Source: Candidatus Woesearchaeota archaeon
GTDB taxonomy: Archaea > Nanobdellota > Nanobdellia > Woesearchaeales > GW2011-AR9
Length of the DNA stretch: 64,000 nt
Reading direction: 5' to 3'
Assembly: GCA_018696595.1 (NCBI GenBank)
Contig: JABHQW010000005.1
Span: 1-64,000, forward strand
Within the stretch, counting starts at the first letter, position 1, and each line of letters begins with the position of its first letter. Under the pieces are notes generated by a model that did no database searches, was not told where the DNA came from, and was given only the letters and a program-made list of their open reading frames with translations. The position numbers and the translations under genes are program-made. Positions 8,545-17,485 of the stretch are shown piece by piece.

Positions 8545-10829
8545 CTAACCTTCTTCTTAGCTTCTTTTCTTAACCATTCTTTATACTCAAACAATATCCT
8601 AGAAGGATCTAAATCACCATATTTCTCTTTAGTTCTATCAGAAATTAATTTAAACATATCATTAGCAGTAACCACAAATTCTGCTTCCAGAATAGAATCG
8701 TCGTTCAGTTCTATAGCAATATCGTTAATCGCTTGTTTACAATCTGCTCTTAATTGAATATTGTTCCAGACGGCATCCCAATCACCAGCAAACTCTTTAA
8801 CTTTTCCCGCCATCCGTTTCAAGATTTCAGAGTTTCCGTTAATCAAATTATCAGTAATTTCCATTTGGTCTGTCTTAGGATTATAAATCATTAAATCAAC
8901 AAAGGCACCTTCAGCTAAAGGATCTTCTTCCCATTTTTTTCTAACTTCAGTGATTCTTAAAACTCGTTTATATTTTTTCAAACCAGAAATTACAGGATTG
9001 GTAGTTACGATAATATCGATTGCTTTAAATGAAGTTTTAGGAACACCAATATCGTTAACAACTCTGTCATAAACACCATAAGGAGAATCAGCGTGGATTG
9101 TTCCCGCTACAACGTTAGCAGCAGCACCAACACGCATTGCTTCAAACAAAGCAATTGCTTCCTTACTTCTAACCTCTCCAACAAAGATTGCTGAATCGCC
9201 AAGACGTAATGTTGATCTAATCCCAATACTAGGATCAACCTCCGAACCAGGAGAAGCTAAAGCACCAGCAACTTTCATGTTCTCAATATTATAACCAAGA
9301 GCACGCATAGCTTCTTGAGGAAGTTCAAAAGTATCTTCAATAGTAATAATTCTTGAACGTCGACTCATTTCAACAAGAAAACTTCCCAACAAACTACTTT
9401 TTCCAGAAGACCTTGTTCCAGCAACAAGAATCGTTGCATTGTTATCAATAATAAAACTAAGCAATCCCGCAGCAAGTGCATCCATGTATCTAATCTTTGA
9501 TTGCATGTATAACGGAAAGGTCCAAGGAAAATCTCTGTGTCTTCTAAAAGAGAAAGCTAAACCATTAGGACTTAAAGGAGCAGTAATCGCTGAAACCCTG
9601 GAAGAAAAACCCTCTACTTTTAATTCTGTATCTAAGATAGGATTTGCTTCATCTAAAGGCCTTCCCGAAATTAATCTTAACTTGGTTGCCCAAGAATCAA
9701 CTTCTTGCCTAGTCGGATAAATGTTTGTATAACAATCACCATAATCTTGATGAACAATAAAAATAGGTAATTCTCCATTTGGAGCGTTAATGTTTACGTC
9801 CTGAACTTTTGGATCTGATAATAAAAGTTCAATCAAACCAAAACCAACAGTGTAACGTAACAATGCTTTGGCTAATTCATCAATTTGTTCGTCAGAAACT
9901 TTTAAATTTTTATGTTTAACTAAATCAGAGATTAAATCGTTCCCAATATTCAAAAAGACTTCCCTCATTCTTTGGGGATCAACAAACTCTTCTCTTGTTG
10001 GCTTATGTTCAGACATAATTCTTTTAGCGTCATCAAGCAATTCGTAAACCTCTTCAGTAAATCGAAACTCTGGCGGAGTAAGATGATACATCGTTTTTAT
10101 GTTGTTATCAAAAGAGAAAACATTAACTTGACATTTATCTTTCCCATCACCAAAATCATAACTTTCCGCTAAATTCCCTTCAGGGAATTCGCTAATTAGT
10201 TTTGTATACATAAAGTCTGGCCGAGTAGTAGGATGGAAAATATTTCCATAAACTTCTCTTTTCCCTAATTCATAACCTTGAGAATGTGGCATTAACAATT
10301 GAATCAATTTTAATTGTTCAATTTTCTGAATTGCATCAACCATGATTTGAATATATCTTTGTTGAGAATGAGCATGTCTTTCATCAATCAAATTATTTAG
10401 TTTGGTTTTCTCTCTTCGTTCTAATCGTTTTAAAGAAACATAAGCTGCAAAAGGATCTTCTTTAAGTTTTTTGGCAATAATATTCTGAAATTCTGCATAA
10501 CTTCCTCTAACATATCGTTCATGTTGTGGATCAGTTACAATCTGAGAATATTGATACCTTTCATCTTTGTTCATTCTCTTGTAAAGAGAAGCCAACTCTA
10601 ATAATAAATGAGTTTGTGAATAATCATATTCATATTCTCTAAGTTGAGTAAGGGTTATAATTGTAACTCCTGTGTTTTCTAGTAAAGCATCAATTACTTT
10701 AGCCATACAGAACTCACTATATTCAATTGAAGGTGGAAACGTACATTTCTCTACAGAAATCTTTAGAATCTTATTTTCTCCTTCATGATAAGTTTCGTAT
10801 TCAAAACACTTTTTATCTGGTATCGCCAT
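8541..10829 (-). CDS. Type II/IV secretion or type IV pilus-like assembly ATPase (VirB11/CpaF/ArlI family) with long N-terminal extension
   Basis: Walker A GTRSSGKS, Asp box ITIEDTFEL, Walker B IFVGEVRSKEA, His box GTIHADS. Confidence 0.9.
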   Translation of the reverse strand: MAIPDKKCFEYETYHEGENKILKISVEKCTFPPSIEYSEFCMAKVIDALLENTGVTIITLTQLREYEYDYSQTHLLLELASLYKRMNKDERYQYSQIVTDPQHERYVRGSYAEFQNIIAKKLKEDPFAAYVSLKRLERREKTKLNNLIDERHAHSQQRYIQIMVDAIQKIEQLKLIQLLMPHSQGYELGKREVYGNIFHPTTRPDFMYTKLISEFPEGNLAESYDFGDGKDKCQVNVFSFDNNIKTMYHLTPPEFRFTEEVYELLDDAKRIMSEHKPTREEFVDPQRMREVFLNIGNDLISDLVKHKNLKVSDEQIDELAKALLRYTVGFGLIELLLSDPKVQDVNINAPNGELPIFIVHQDYGDCYTNIYPTRQEVDSWATKLRLISGRPLDEANPILDTELKVEGFSSRVSAITAPLSPNGLAFSFRRHRDFPWTFPLYMQSKIRYMDALAAGLLSFIIDNNATILVAGTRSSGKSSLLGSFLVEMSRRSRIITIEDTFELPQEAMRALGYNIENMKVAGALASPGSEVDPSIGIRSTLRLGDSAIFVGEVRSKEAIALFEAMRVGAAANVVAGTIHADSPYGVYDRVVNDIGVPKTSFKAIDIIVTTNPVISGLKKYKRVLRITEVRKKWEEDPLAEGAFVDLMIYNPKTDQMEITDNLINGNSEILKRMAGKVKEFAGDWDAVWNNIQLRADCKQAINDIAIELNDDSILEAEFVVTANDMFKLISDRTKEKYGDLDPSRILFEYKEWLRKEAKKKVS

Positions 10830-10834
10830 CTTTT

Positions 10835-11236
10835 TTAGTTTTGTTCTTCATTTATTAATTTTAATAATAAACTAATAATCTTTTCTATCTTAGAAGCATT
10901 AGATTCGATAAAACTTTCTTTGACACTAAATCCTTCATAAGAGATTCTATTTCTGTAATCTCTTAAATCTTGAATGAATTGTTTAGTAGAAATGTGAAGT
11001 TTATACTTATCACAAACATAATCAATAATCTGGAAATGTGCGCCCTCTCCTTTTATCTTGACACCATCCAAAGCGTTTAAAGCTTCCATTAATTTCCTAA
11101 TAATGTCATAATAATCTGTTAAAGTATTAGAAGGGTACTTCTCTTTATTTGTCTCTTTTAATCTGTCTAAAGTTATCTTAGCCATCTCTGTTAAAGATTT
11201 TGCTTTTGCTTTATCTGGGGCTGTATTGATAATCAT
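10835..11236 (-). CDS. HEPN-like protein (putative toxin of an MNT-HEPN pair)
   Basis: Helical 133-aa ORF, motif LRDYRNRISY; 1-nt overlap with the upstream MNT gene. Confidence 0.6.
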   Translation of the reverse strand: MIINTAPDKAKAKSLTEMAKITLDRLKETNKEKYPSNTLTDYYDIIRKLMEALNALDGVKIKGEGAHFQIIDYVCDKYKLHISTKQFIQDLRDYRNRISYEGFSVKESFIESNASKIEKIISLLLKLINEEQN

Positions 11237-11781
11237 TAGTAGCCCTCCAAGTAACCTTCTAAAACAAGACCATTGATAATATTATTTTTTAAATCTTCAG
11301 GATATTTCTTAAAATGATCTTTGAAATGTAGTTGAATGTTTCTATGTAATGATTTTTGAAATTTGTTTAAGTTCATCTCCTCTTTTTTACATTCGACAAA
11401 TAGATCAATATCACTATCTTCAATGTCTTCTCCTTTTTGAAAACTTCCAAAGAGAACAATAGATTTTGGCATCAAATTGTCTTTTAAAAACTCAATTAAT
11501 TTTGATTCTTGTAGCTGAATCAAATTAGATATCTTCTTTTGTTTTTTATACTCTTTATCATTTATGTTGGCTTTATAGATGGGAAAAGTTCTTTTCCCTT
11601 TCTGCTCATGATGTTCCGTAATAATTGATAACCTCTTAAGTTCTAAAAGATGTTTTTTGACAGCAGTATGAGCTAAATTGGCTTTTTGACTAATTTCTAT
11701 CAAATAATGATCTTTAGTCGGCTCATTAAAAAAAACGCCGGCAACTTGTAAAATACTACATTTTTGTAACATATATGACAA
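11236..11781 (-). CDS. HTH + minimal nucleotidyltransferase (MNT)
   Basis: N-terminal wHTH (LIEISQKANLAHTAVKKHLLEL); IVLFGSFQKG...SDIDLFV Pol-beta motif. Confidence 0.85.
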   Translation of the reverse strand: MSYMLQKCSILQVAGVFFNEPTKDHYLIEISQKANLAHTAVKKHLLELKRLSIITEHHEQKGKRTFPIYKANINDKEYKKQKKISNLIQLQESKLIEFLKDNLMPKSIVLFGSFQKGEDIEDSDIDLFVECKKEEMNLNKFQKSLHRNIQLHFKDHFKKYPEDLKNNIINGLVLEGYLEGY

Positions 11782-11817
11782 CTATGTAACACCACTATTT
11801 AAATGTTGTTGTCTGAT

Positions 11818-11920
11818 GTACATATTTAGTTAGACTTGCACGCCACGATTACGGGAGCTTACTTATTAACAATTTTTGGCTCCCGTGTGGCTCCATTGGC
11901 AAAGCCAACTAAATATGTAC
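11818..11920 (-). ncRNA. Putative structured RNA/hairpin, family B copy 1 (unassigned)
   Basis: 14-bp perfect basal stem GTACATATTTAGTT; core UGC-CAAUGGA-GCCAC-(ACGGGAGC..GCUCCCGU)-AAUC-GUGGC-GU-GCA. Strand inferred from the flanking genes. Confidence 0.6.
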
Positions 11921-11967
11921 TGTCGGGTGTTACTTTTTTGTAAGACGTATGACATTTATGTAATATG

Positions 11968-12267
11968 TTAACATAATCGTTTCAAAACATCCTGTAGAAT
12001 TCCATCTCTTAATCCATAATTACCAGTGTTACAGCTGGCTACGATTTTATCATTACTTGGATACCATTGAAGAGAGATTCGATAAGTGTCTTCATAATTT
12101 GGTTTGCGAGAATCTTTGCCTGCTCCAATTTGATTTCTTAAAAAAGTTTCTAGAACTTCCCCTTTACCTATATCATTGCAATCCCCACTAATTTCAAATG
12201 GACCATTTACGGTATAATCAATAATAATAGTTAAGTAATCTTTCATTATTTTAATGATTAGATTCAT
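11968..12267 (-). CDS. Hypothetical protein (99 aa)
   Basis: ORF with upstream TATA-like motif; no domain recognised. Confidence 0.55.
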   Translation of the reverse strand: MNLIIKIMKDYLTIIIDYTVNGPFEISGDCNDIGKGEVLETFLRNQIGAGKDSRKPNYEDTYRISLQWYPSNDKIVASCNTGNYGLRDGILQDVLKRLC

Positions 12268-12358
12268 TCCATTAATAAATATTTATATCTTAAAAAACAC
12301 AATACTACTCTGGAGTACTCCCATAACTTTATTATATTAATTTCTTTATATCATAGTT

Positions 12359-12811
12359 ATGGACTTAAATTTCGGTGGAAAAGCAAAGAAAGAAGAGCAA
12401 CAACAACCAGAACAGCAAGGGTTTGATCCTGCTAAGTTATATCTCTGGGTGAAAGCTTTAGAAAGCAAAATCAATAATCTTTTAAGAGAAGTAGATTTGA
12501 TTAAGAATGATTTCATTAAGAAAAATAACGAAGTTAGAAAAGAATTGAAAACATTTAATGAAGATTTACTTGATTCTAAACATAAACAAGATAAAACTAT
12601 TGAAAAGATTGATTTAATTATTAAAGAGCTTAAACAAACTGCGGGTGTTGAAGAAGTACAAACATTAAAGAAGTATATGGAATTGTGGAATCCATTAAAC
12701 TTTGTTACTCAAAGAGATTTAGACCGAAGAATTGAAGAGAAACTTAATAATCCCAGGTATAGTAAATTAAAAGAAGTTAAAAAAGAAGAAACGCATAGTC
12801 CGTTTAATTAA
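12359..12811 (+). CDS. Coiled-coil hypothetical protein
   Basis: Heptad-rich ORF ending ..LKKYMELWNPLNFVT..; resembles proteins I recall as conserved in DPANN archaea. Confidence 0.75.
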   Translation: MDLNFGGKAKKEEQQQPEQQGFDPAKLYLWVKALESKINNLLREVDLIKNDFIKKNNEVRKELKTFNEDLLDSKHKQDKTIEKIDLIIKELKQTAGVEEVQTLKKYMELWNPLNFVTQRDLDRRIEEKLNNPRYSKLKEVKKEETHSPFN

Positions 12812-12818
12812 AACAAAT

Positions 12819-12939
12819 GAGCAGCGCCAAGTTGTGAGCGTTTTATCATAAAAAACATAAGTCTGCGGTGGGGGTCGTCCCTTACGGGGGTGAACCGCAC
12901 TAAGAAAATAAACATAAAGGAAGCGAACCGGCTCTGCTC
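12819..12939 (+). ncRNA. Putative structured RNA, family A copy 2 (unassigned)
   Basis: Closing stem GAGCAGCGCC/GGCUCUGCUC, UGUGAG, UCUGCGG..CCC-UUAC-GGG..CCGCAC, A-rich linker, GAAGCGAACC. Confidence 0.65.
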
Positions 12940-12979
12940 AACAAATAACAATTATAAAATAAATAAAAAGGTGATAATA

Positions 12980-13573
12980 ATGGCAACAAATCCAGTACAA
13001 CATATTTTAGAATTGAGACAGCAAGGTCTTTCTGATGAAGTGATTACTCAAGAACTTACCCGTAAAGGGATGAGCCCACAAGATGTAGGTATGGCTATGG
13101 AACAAGCTGATACCCCACCAATGCCAGGCGGAGGAGCCCCACAAATGGGTAATCCTGCAGGAGGACAAGACATGCCACCAGGCCCAGGACAAGCTCCAAT
13201 GGGGCCAGGACAATCTGCAGCAGCAATGCCTGCCGAAGAGAGCAACATCTATGAAAGGGTTGAAGCGATCGTAGAAAGTATGATTGACGAGAAATGGGAT
13301 GATTTGATCGCTGAAGTTAGAAAAATTGTTGAATGGAAAGATAAGATTGAAGAGAAGCAAAACAGTATGATGAACGATTTAGAGAAACTTAAAGAAGACT
13401 TTAAAACTTTACATCAAGGAGTTCTTGGCAAGTTAGAAGATTATGATCATCGAATGCAAGATGTAGGCACAGAATTAAAAGCTGTAGGTAAAGTGTTTAA
13501 GGATGTTATTCCTGAGTTTGTAGATAATGTTAAAGAATTGAAAGATATTACTCGAGGAGCTAAAAGAGAATAA
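12980..13573 (+). CDS. Coiled-coil hypothetical protein with a Pro/Gly/Met-rich linker
   Basis: ATG at 12980 follows RBS GGTGAT; the track's GTG start at 12890 lies inside the structured RNA. Confidence 0.8.
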   Translation: MATNPVQHILELRQQGLSDEVITQELTRKGMSPQDVGMAMEQADTPPMPGGGAPQMGNPAGGQDMPPGPGQAPMGPGQSAAAMPAEESNIYERVEAIVESMIDEKWDDLIAEVRKIVEWKDKIEEKQNSMMNDLEKLKEDFKTLHQGVLGKLEDYDHRMQDVGTELKAVGKVFKDVIPEFVDNVKELKDITRGAKRE

Positions 13574-13605
13574 AAAGAAAAAGTTTATTTTTTTATTTCC
13601 TATTT

Positions 13606-14163
13606 CTATCCGCCGCTCAAAAAGGCAATTGCAAAGATAGCAATTCCAAACAAGATAATCAAACCTAGAACTTTTGGATGAAACAAAGTAGACATTAAAC
13701 TTCCAGAGAAACTGGTACTAGCAACACCCCCACTTGTGGAAACAGTTGTAACATTATCCCCATCAGAGAAAGCAGCTTCAGTTAAACCTTGTCCAGCAAC
13801 GTTTCCAATTGCAGCTAAAAGAATGATTAAACTAATACCAATAATTGCCCAGTAAACAGTCTTATCTGCTATCGCTGCAGCCAAATTAATGTTCTTATCA
13901 AAAGTTTGGAAAATTAAAAGCATTAAAACAAAAAAGATAATAACAACCACAAACCAAGGAATCATAAAACTGATAACACTAACTAAAGTTTCAGACAATA
14001 AAATCATAAATGCTGCAGCTGCAGCAACAATAGCGTTAATGCCCATAGCTTTACCAAGGGCTTCAGTTTTCTGTAAAATTGCAAACACTATACACCAAAC
14101 TGCTAATGCAACAAAAATTACATCAAAGTACTGTAACAATCCCAAATCTAACACGGTTGCCAT
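13606..14163 (-). CDS. Multi-pass membrane protein, paralog 3 of a tandem trio
   Basis: Motif IVFAILQKTEALG..NAIVA shared with the two neighbours. Confidence 0.8.
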   Translation of the reverse strand: MATVLDLGLLQYFDVIFVALAVWCIVFAILQKTEALGKAMGINAIVAAAAAFMILLSETLVSVISFMIPWFVVVIIFFVLMLLIFQTFDKNINLAAAIADKTVYWAIIGISLIILLAAIGNVAGQGLTEAAFSDGDNVTTVSTSGGVASTSFSGSLMSTLFHPKVLGLIILFGIAIFAIAFLSGG

Positions 14164-14176
14164 TTTTATTTCCTAA

Positions 14177-14758
14177 TTATCTTTTTTCAGCCAATTTGCC
14201 TAAAACATCTCCAATTCGGCCAAATGCAGTTTTATCTCCAGGTTTCTTTGGTTCTTTAACAACAAACCAAACAATTACTCCGAAGACAAGTAAAATTATC
14301 ATCAACTCAGTTACTTCTGACGTCCACCAATAAAATACATCTGATGGTCCCACCCAAAAGTTTAATGCTGAACCAAAAATGTAAACTACAAAACCTAATG
14401 AAGCAATTGCAATAACTGGTGCCATTGCGCTAGTAAAGTCTGTTCCAAAGATTCCCATTAAGATTAATAACATAATAGCTGCCACTGCAACTAAAGCTAT
14501 ACTTGGTATGGATTCATTCATAACTTGCACTGGATCATAACCAAGAGGATAATATCCCATTAAGTGTGGAACTACAAATAGTAAAGCGATTACTAAAGCA
14601 ATAATTACATTAAAATTCTTTTTATCCCCTAAAATCTGTGTTTTTTGCATCACCGCATAGATGATTGTAAACACTAATAAGAATGGTAGTAAAAAATCCA
14701 TAATTCCATACGCCTGAAAATAGTACCCTAATTTTGAAAATCCGCCAGCAAAAGCCAT
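14177..14758 (-). CDS. Multi-pass membrane protein, paralog 2 of a tandem trio
   Basis: LLPFLLVFTIIYAVMQKTQILG..KKNFNVIIALV. Confidence 0.8.
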   Translation of the reverse strand: MAFAGGFSKLGYYFQAYGIMDFLLPFLLVFTIIYAVMQKTQILGDKKNFNVIIALVIALLFVVPHLMGYYPLGYDPVQVMNESIPSIALVAVAAIMLLILMGIFGTDFTSAMAPVIAIASLGFVVYIFGSALNFWVGPSDVFYWWTSEVTELMIILLVFGVIVWFVVKEPKKPGDKTAFGRIGDVLGKLAEKR

Positions 14759-14833
14759 TTTTGTTATCCTCCAATTGTGTTAATGATGATTATTTTTTAT
14801 TTATTTTTTTCTATTTGTTTATTTTTATTTTAA

Positions 14834-15388
14834 TTAATCTTTCTTTGCACTCGCTGGATTAGGATCACGAACAATGTAAACCATAAATCCGGCAATTACG
14901 GCTAAGAATATAATTCCTGCCGCCCATTCACTATCCCAATAAATAAAGACCGCAAATATAAATTTTAACCAATCTAAAGCATTTAGGAAAATGACCACAA
15001 TGCCAATGAACATTAAAATCATGAAAAATTTGGTCCAACCTGGAAACTTCTCAAGAGTAAACTCCCCAGTTCCAAAAAAGACACCAACTAACATTAAAAA
15101 GCAAACAGCTAAGATTAATAGTAAAACAACGTGAGACATAACCTCGCTAATTAATGAAACTAGTTGAGAAGAAGCAATCACTAAAAAAGCAACAACAAAA
15201 GCAACCATTGAATTTAGATTCTTTTTTGTAGTTTCATTCCCACCTACGTTTTCAACACCCAATACTTTTGTTTTTTCTAGAATTGCAAACATAATAGTAA
15301 AAACTAGTAAGAAAGGCAAGATAATGTCATAAACACCGATCTTTGCTAAAAAGTCAATAACTCCGCGAAAAATGCTTTCCTCTACCAT
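14834..15388 (-). CDS. Multi-pass membrane protein, paralog 1 of a tandem trio
   Basis: ILPFLLVFTIMFAILEKTKVLG..KKNLNSMVAFV. Confidence 0.8.
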   Translation of the reverse strand: MVEESIFRGVIDFLAKIGVYDIILPFLLVFTIMFAILEKTKVLGVENVGGNETTKKNLNSMVAFVVAFLVIASSQLVSLISEVMSHVVLLLILAVCFLMLVGVFFGTGEFTLEKFPGWTKFFMILMFIGIVVIFLNALDWLKFIFAVFIYWDSEWAAGIIFLAVIAGFMVYIVRDPNPASAKKD

Positions 15389-15462
15389 CTAAAGTGTATA
15401 CCTCTTTTAATGTACTTTAATAAAAAAGGAGAGTATATAAATGTTTCTTTTCAAATGGAAGG

Positions 15463-16965
15463 TTGGAAGCGAAGACTTTAAATAGAAGTATAATTTTATT
15501 TTTTATTAAATTAAGAAAGTTTGAGGTGGAAAAAGTGAGGGGAAAGGTATTTTTATCATGTTTAGTAGTGTTGCTGTTTGTACTTTCAGTAAGCGTTTGT
15601 GCAGAATCAAGCATTAAAGTTACAAATCTCAAAAATAACATTGCAATTGGCGAGAAAGCCAAATTTAAATTAGAAATTACTAACAATGCTGAAGAAAAGC
15701 AAAGGTATAGCATTTATTCTTTACAGTCCGGCCAAGGTTGGAACGTTGATCCTTACCCCCTAAGAGATAAAATTATCGAACTTCTACCTGGAAAAAGTTA
15801 TAGTACAACAATTCAAGCAGAACCCTTGGAAACTTTTTCACCGGGTATCTATTATGTTCAAATTTCAATTGCTAGTGACTTAGGAGAAGCTTATAGTAAA
15901 TCATTAAAAATTTATCTTAGTCCAGAAAAACCGATTGATTATCTTCCTTCAATCAAAGCAACAATAGATATGGACGAAAAGATTAATCCAAAAGAAGCGG
16001 TATCAATCAAGATGTTTCTTGAAAATAAAAACCCGTTAGATTTATCAGATTTAAAAATAAAAATTCAAAGTGAGATGCCAGAGTTTGTTAAAGAGCTCTC
16101 AGTTAATTTACCACCATTAGAGAAAAAAACAGTAGAGTTTACAATAAGCCCAAATAAGTATCAACAACCAAAAGACTATACATTATTTTTCGTTTTTGAG
16201 AAGAATGGCGAAGTGGCTAAGATTATAGAACAAAAAGTAGAAATTTTGTCATTATTACCAGACTTCAAAACAGAAGTGAAAGGAGAAACTATTGTTTTAA
16301 AAACATTCAATGAATTAATAGCAACCAATGAAGGAAATGTTTTAAACACACAGACTGTCAAACATCCAATTTCGTTATGGAAATCCTTGATTACAATTAG
16401 TAATGGTAAAACCCAAAAGATTGAAGGAGAAAGATATTTGACTTGGGAAGCAACATTATCTCCAAATGAATCTGTTGCCCTTAACTTTACAACAAATTAT
16501 AGGATTTTACTCTATGTACTAATTGTTTTGATTGTAGGTGCTTCATTTTACTTCTATGTACAATCACCTTTAGTAATTAGTAAAGAAGCGATAACAACAA
16601 GAGATGGAGAAGACCAAGACACACTATCTGAGATCAAGATCACCTTAGAAGTTAAAAATAAAACAACCAAACCTATTAAAGAAATTAACATAACAGATTT
16701 AGTTCCAGGCATTGCTAATGTAGAAAAAAGCTTGGAGTTAGGCACTTTAAGGCCAAAAGAAGTCAGACATACTAAACAAGGAACTAAAGTTATTTGGTCT
16801 CTTGCAGAGTTAGATGCTCACGAACATAGGTTAATTACTTATAAAGTTAAAGCTAAACTTAACATTGTAGGAACATTTAGCTTGCCAAGAGCAATAGTAG
16901 ATTATAAAAAAGGCAAGAAGAAAATTAAAAAATCTTACTCAAACATTTTTCGTTTGAGTAGCTAA
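15463..16965 (+). CDS. Membrane-anchored Ig-like/S-layer-associated protein (start uncertain, possibly ~15526)
   Basis: N-terminal hydrophobic signal, repeated beta-sandwich-like segments, internal TM (ILLYVLIVLIVGASFYF), cytoplasmic C-terminal domain. Confidence 0.7.
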   Translation: MEAKTLNRSIILFFIKLRKFEVEKVRGKVFLSCLVVLLFVLSVSVCAESSIKVTNLKNNIAIGEKAKFKLEITNNAEEKQRYSIYSLQSGQGWNVDPYPLRDKIIELLPGKSYSTTIQAEPLETFSPGIYYVQISIASDLGEAYSKSLKIYLSPEKPIDYLPSIKATIDMDEKINPKEAVSIKMFLENKNPLDLSDLKIKIQSEMPEFVKELSVNLPPLEKKTVEFTISPNKYQQPKDYTLFFVFEKNGEVAKIIEQKVEILSLLPDFKTEVKGETIVLKTFNELIATNEGNVLNTQTVKHPISLWKSLITISNGKTQKIEGERYLTWEATLSPNESVALNFTTNYRILLYVLIVLIVGASFYFYVQSPLVISKEAITTRDGEDQDTLSEIKITLEVKNKTTKPIKEINITDLVPGIANVEKSLELGTLRPKEVRHTKQGTKVIWSLAELDAHEHRLITYKVKAKLNIVGTFSLPRAIVDYKKGKKKIKKSYSNIFRLSS

Positions 16966-17056
16966 ATGTAATTGTTAGAGCATAAAAACATTTATATATA
17001 AGAGTGTTATCAATATTAAATAAACATAAATAATTACAATCAAACGAAGAGAGGGC

Positions 17057-17455
17057 GTGAAAATGAAGGATTTTTTTTTACAATTAAAGGACAAATTTGC
17101 AAAACCAATAGAAGAAGACGAAGATTTAGAACAAACAGATACTTATGTAGAGTTGGGTGCTGCACCTAGTAAAGATGAGCAATCTAAAGTTTTAGTTCGA
17201 CCTTTTGTTATTGAAGAGTTTGAAGACATTAAAGAGATCTTAGATGTCTTAAGGGAAGGATCTACAATTGCTTTAGTTAACATTAAGCCATTAAAAGACA
17301 AAGATTTAGTGGAGCTTAAGAGAGCAGTTTCCAAGTTAAGAAAGACTTGCGAAGCAATTGAAGGAGACATTGCTGGGTTTGGAGAAGATTATGTTGTAGC
17401 AGTACCATACTTTGCATCCATCCATAGAAATAAAGTTACTCAGTTAGACGAGTAA
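17057..17455 (+). CDS. sepF: Cell division protein SepF
   Basis: EFEDIKEILDVLREGSTIALVNI..LKRAVSKLRKTCEAIEGDIAG..YVVAVP is the archaeal SepF core. Confidence 0.85.
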   Translation: MKMKDFFLQLKDKFAKPIEEDEDLEQTDTYVELGAAPSKDEQSKVLVRPFVIEEFEDIKEILDVLREGSTIALVNIKPLKDKDLVELKRAVSKLRKTCEAIEGDIAGFGEDYVVAVPYFASIHRNKVTQLDE

Positions 17456-17485
17456 TTGTTTTTATTTTCTTTTTTATTTATTATT

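Noticed and set aside
11818-11920. Family B elements as MITEs with terminal inverted repeats
   Set aside because: The two copies have unrelated terminal sequences and no target-site duplication; only the internal loop is conserved.
6637-12939. Family A elements as RNase P RNA, SRP RNA, 5S rRNA or SECIS
   Set aside because: They lack GAGGAAAGUCC/ACAGAA (RNase P), the CAGG..GNRA..AGCA helix 8 (SRP) and the 5S motifs; the upstream genes have no in-frame UGA read-through.
12890-12979. N-terminal extension of the 12890-13573 ORF
   Set aside because: The GTG start lies within the structured RNA; the RBS GGTGAT supports the ATG at 12980.
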